DNA of 64,000 nucleotides from Macrostomum lignano (Eukaryota), in assembly GCA_002269645.1 (NCBI GenBank), contig NIVC01000688.1, positions 6,692-70,691 of the forward strand, written 5' to 3'. Under the pieces are notes generated by a model. It had not been told where the DNA came from and did no database searches. It saw nothing but the letters and a program-made list of their open reading frames with translations. The position numbers and the translations under genes are program-made. Within the stretch, counting starts at the first letter, position 1, and each line of letters opens with the position of its first letter. This document shows positions 61,401-64,000 of this stretch, one piece after another.

Positions 61401-64000
61401 ACAGCTACAGCACACACAGCTACAGCACACACAGCTACAGCACACACAGCTACAGCACACACAGCTACAGCACACAGCTACAGCACACAGCTACAGCACA
61501 CAGCTACAGCACACACAGCTACAGCACACACAGCTACAGCACACACAGCTACAGCACACACAGCTACAGCACACAGCTACAGCACACACAGCTACAGCAC
61601 ACACAGCTACAGCACACACAGCTACAGCACACAGCTACAGCACACACAGCTACAGCACACACAGCTACAGCACACACAGCTACAGCACACACAGCTACAG
61701 CACACACAGCTACAGCACACAGCTACAGCACACACAGCTACAGCACACAGCTACAGCACACACAGCTACAGCACACACAGCTACAGCACACAGCTACAGC
61801 ACACACAGCTACAGCACACACAGCTACAGCACACACAGCTACAGCACACACAGCTACAGCACACACAGCTACAGCACACACAGCTACAGCACACACAGCT
61901 ACAGCACACACAGCTACAGCACACACAGCTACAGCACACACAGCTACAGCACACAGCTACAGCACACACAGCTACAGCACACAGCTACAGCACACACAGC
62001 TACAGCACACAGCTACAGCACACAGCTACAGCACACACAGCTACAGCACACAGCTACAGCACACAGCTACAGCACACACAGCTACAGCACACACAGCTAC
62101 AGCACACACAGCTACAGCACACAGCTACAGCACACACAGCTACAGCACACACAGCTACAGCACACACAGCTACAGCACACAGCTACAGCACACACAGCTA
62201 CAGCACACAGCTACAGCACACACAGCTACAGCACACAGCTACAGCACACACAGCTACAGCACACAGCTACAGCACACACAGCTACAGCACACACAGCTAC
62301 AGCACACACAGCTACAGCACACAGCTACAGCACACAGCTACAGCACACACAGCTACAGCACACACAGCTACAGCACACACAGCTACAGCACACACAGCTA
62401 CAGCACACAGCTACAGCACACACAGCTACAGCACACACAGCTACAGCACACACAGCTACAGCACACACAGCTACAGCACACAGCTACAGCACACAGCTAC
62501 AGCACACACAGCTACAGCACACACAGCTACAGCACACAGCTACAGCACACAGCTACAGCACACACAGCTACAGCACACAGCTACAGCACACACAGCTACA
62601 GCACACACAGCTACAGCACACACAGCTACAGCACACAGCTACAGCACACAGCTACAGCACACACAGCTACAGCACACACAGCTACAGCACACACAGCTAC
62701 AGCACACAGCTACAGCACACAGCTACAGCACACACAGCTACAGCACACACAGCTACAGCACACAGCTACAGCACACACAGCTACAGCACACAGCTACAGC
62801 ACACACAGCTACAGCACACAGCTACAGCACACACAGCTACAGCACACACAGCTACAGCACACACAGCTACAGCACACACAGCTACAGCACACACAGCTAC
62901 AGCACACACAGCTACAGCACACAGCTACAGCACACAGCTACAGCACACAGCTACAGCACACAGCTACAGCACACACAGCTACAGCACACACAGCTACAGC
63001 ACACACAGCTACAGCACACAGCTACAGCACACACAGCTACAGCACACACAGCTACAGCACACACAGCTACAGCACACACAGCTACAGCACACACAGCTAC
63101 AGCACACACAGCTACAGCACACACAGCTACAGCACACACAGCTACAGCACACAGCTACAGCACACACAGCTACAGCACACAGCTACAGCACACACAGCTA
63201 CAGCACACACAGCTACAGCACACACAGCTACAGCACACACAGCTACAGCACACACAGCTACAGCACACAGCTACAGCACACAGCTACAGCACACAGCTAC
63301 AGCACACAGCTACAGCACACAGCTACAGCACACACAGCTACAGCACACACAGCTACAGCACACACAGCTACAGCACACAGCTACAGCACACAGCTACAGC
63401 ACACACAGCTACAGCACACAGCTACAGCACACAGCTACAGCACACAGCTACAGCACACACAGCTACAGCACACACAGCTACAGCACACACAGCTACAGCA
63501 CACACAGCTACAGCACACACAGCTACAGCACACACAGCTACAGCACACACAGCTACAGCACACACAGCTACAGCACACAGCTACAGCACACACAGCTACA
63601 GCACACACAGCTACAGCACACACAGCTACAGCACACACAGCTACAGCACACACAGCTACAGCACACACAGCTACAGCACACACAGCTACAGCACACACAG
63701 CTACAGCACACACAGCTACAGCACCACAGCTACAGCACACACAGCTACAGCACACAGCTACAGCACACAGCTACAGCACACAGCTTACAGCACACAGCTA
63801 CAGCACACACAGCTACAGCACACACAGCTACAGCACACACAGCTACAGCACACACAGCTACAGCACACACAGCTACAGCACACACAGCTACAGCACACAC
63901 AGCTACAGCACACACAGCTACAGCACACACAGCTACACACACAGCTACAGCACACAGCTACAGCACACACAGCTACAGCACACACAGCTAAGCACACACA
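52431..64000. repeat. Satellite >11.5 kb of CAGCTACAG(CA)2 (13 bp) and CAGCTACAG(CA)3 (15 bp) units, runs off the window
   Basis: Direct inspection. The units have no stop codon on the + strand, hence the spurious 3863-aa ORF. Confidence 0.99.

Noticed and set aside
52400-63991. 3863-aa ORF and the many Cys/Val/Ala ORFs on the minus strand
   Set aside because: They are translations of a stop-free satellite. The peptide switches among three frame-equivalent motifs and the start is a TTG.

Overview
Eukaryotic (metazoan) genomic DNA. It has spliced genes with GT-AG introns, and many introns are filled with minisatellites. The style resembles a flatworm such as Macrostomum, but that is an inference, not shown by the sequence. 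Contents left to right: three tandem paralogous two-pore-domain K+ channel (K2P) genes on the minus strand with identical 4-exon structure; two tRNA-derived SINEs; an internally deleted Tc1 element; an intronless PDZ+3xLIM gene; a 7-exon LRRC72-like gene head-to-head with a CLINT1/epsinR-like ENTH gene, whose first intron holds a decayed Ty3/Gypsy and a full-length but frameshifted mariner; a second decayed Gypsy; an intronless GINS3/PSF3; and an ankyrin-repeat gene. That gene's second coding exon is split by a young, 5'-truncated antisense RT-RNaseH LINE with a perfect 12-bp target-site duplication. The last 11.5 kb is a 13/15-bp satellite. Exon models were built by hand from splice consensus, reading phase and protein homology recalled from memory; no database search was run. 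Most long ORFs in the supplied track are repeat artefacts.
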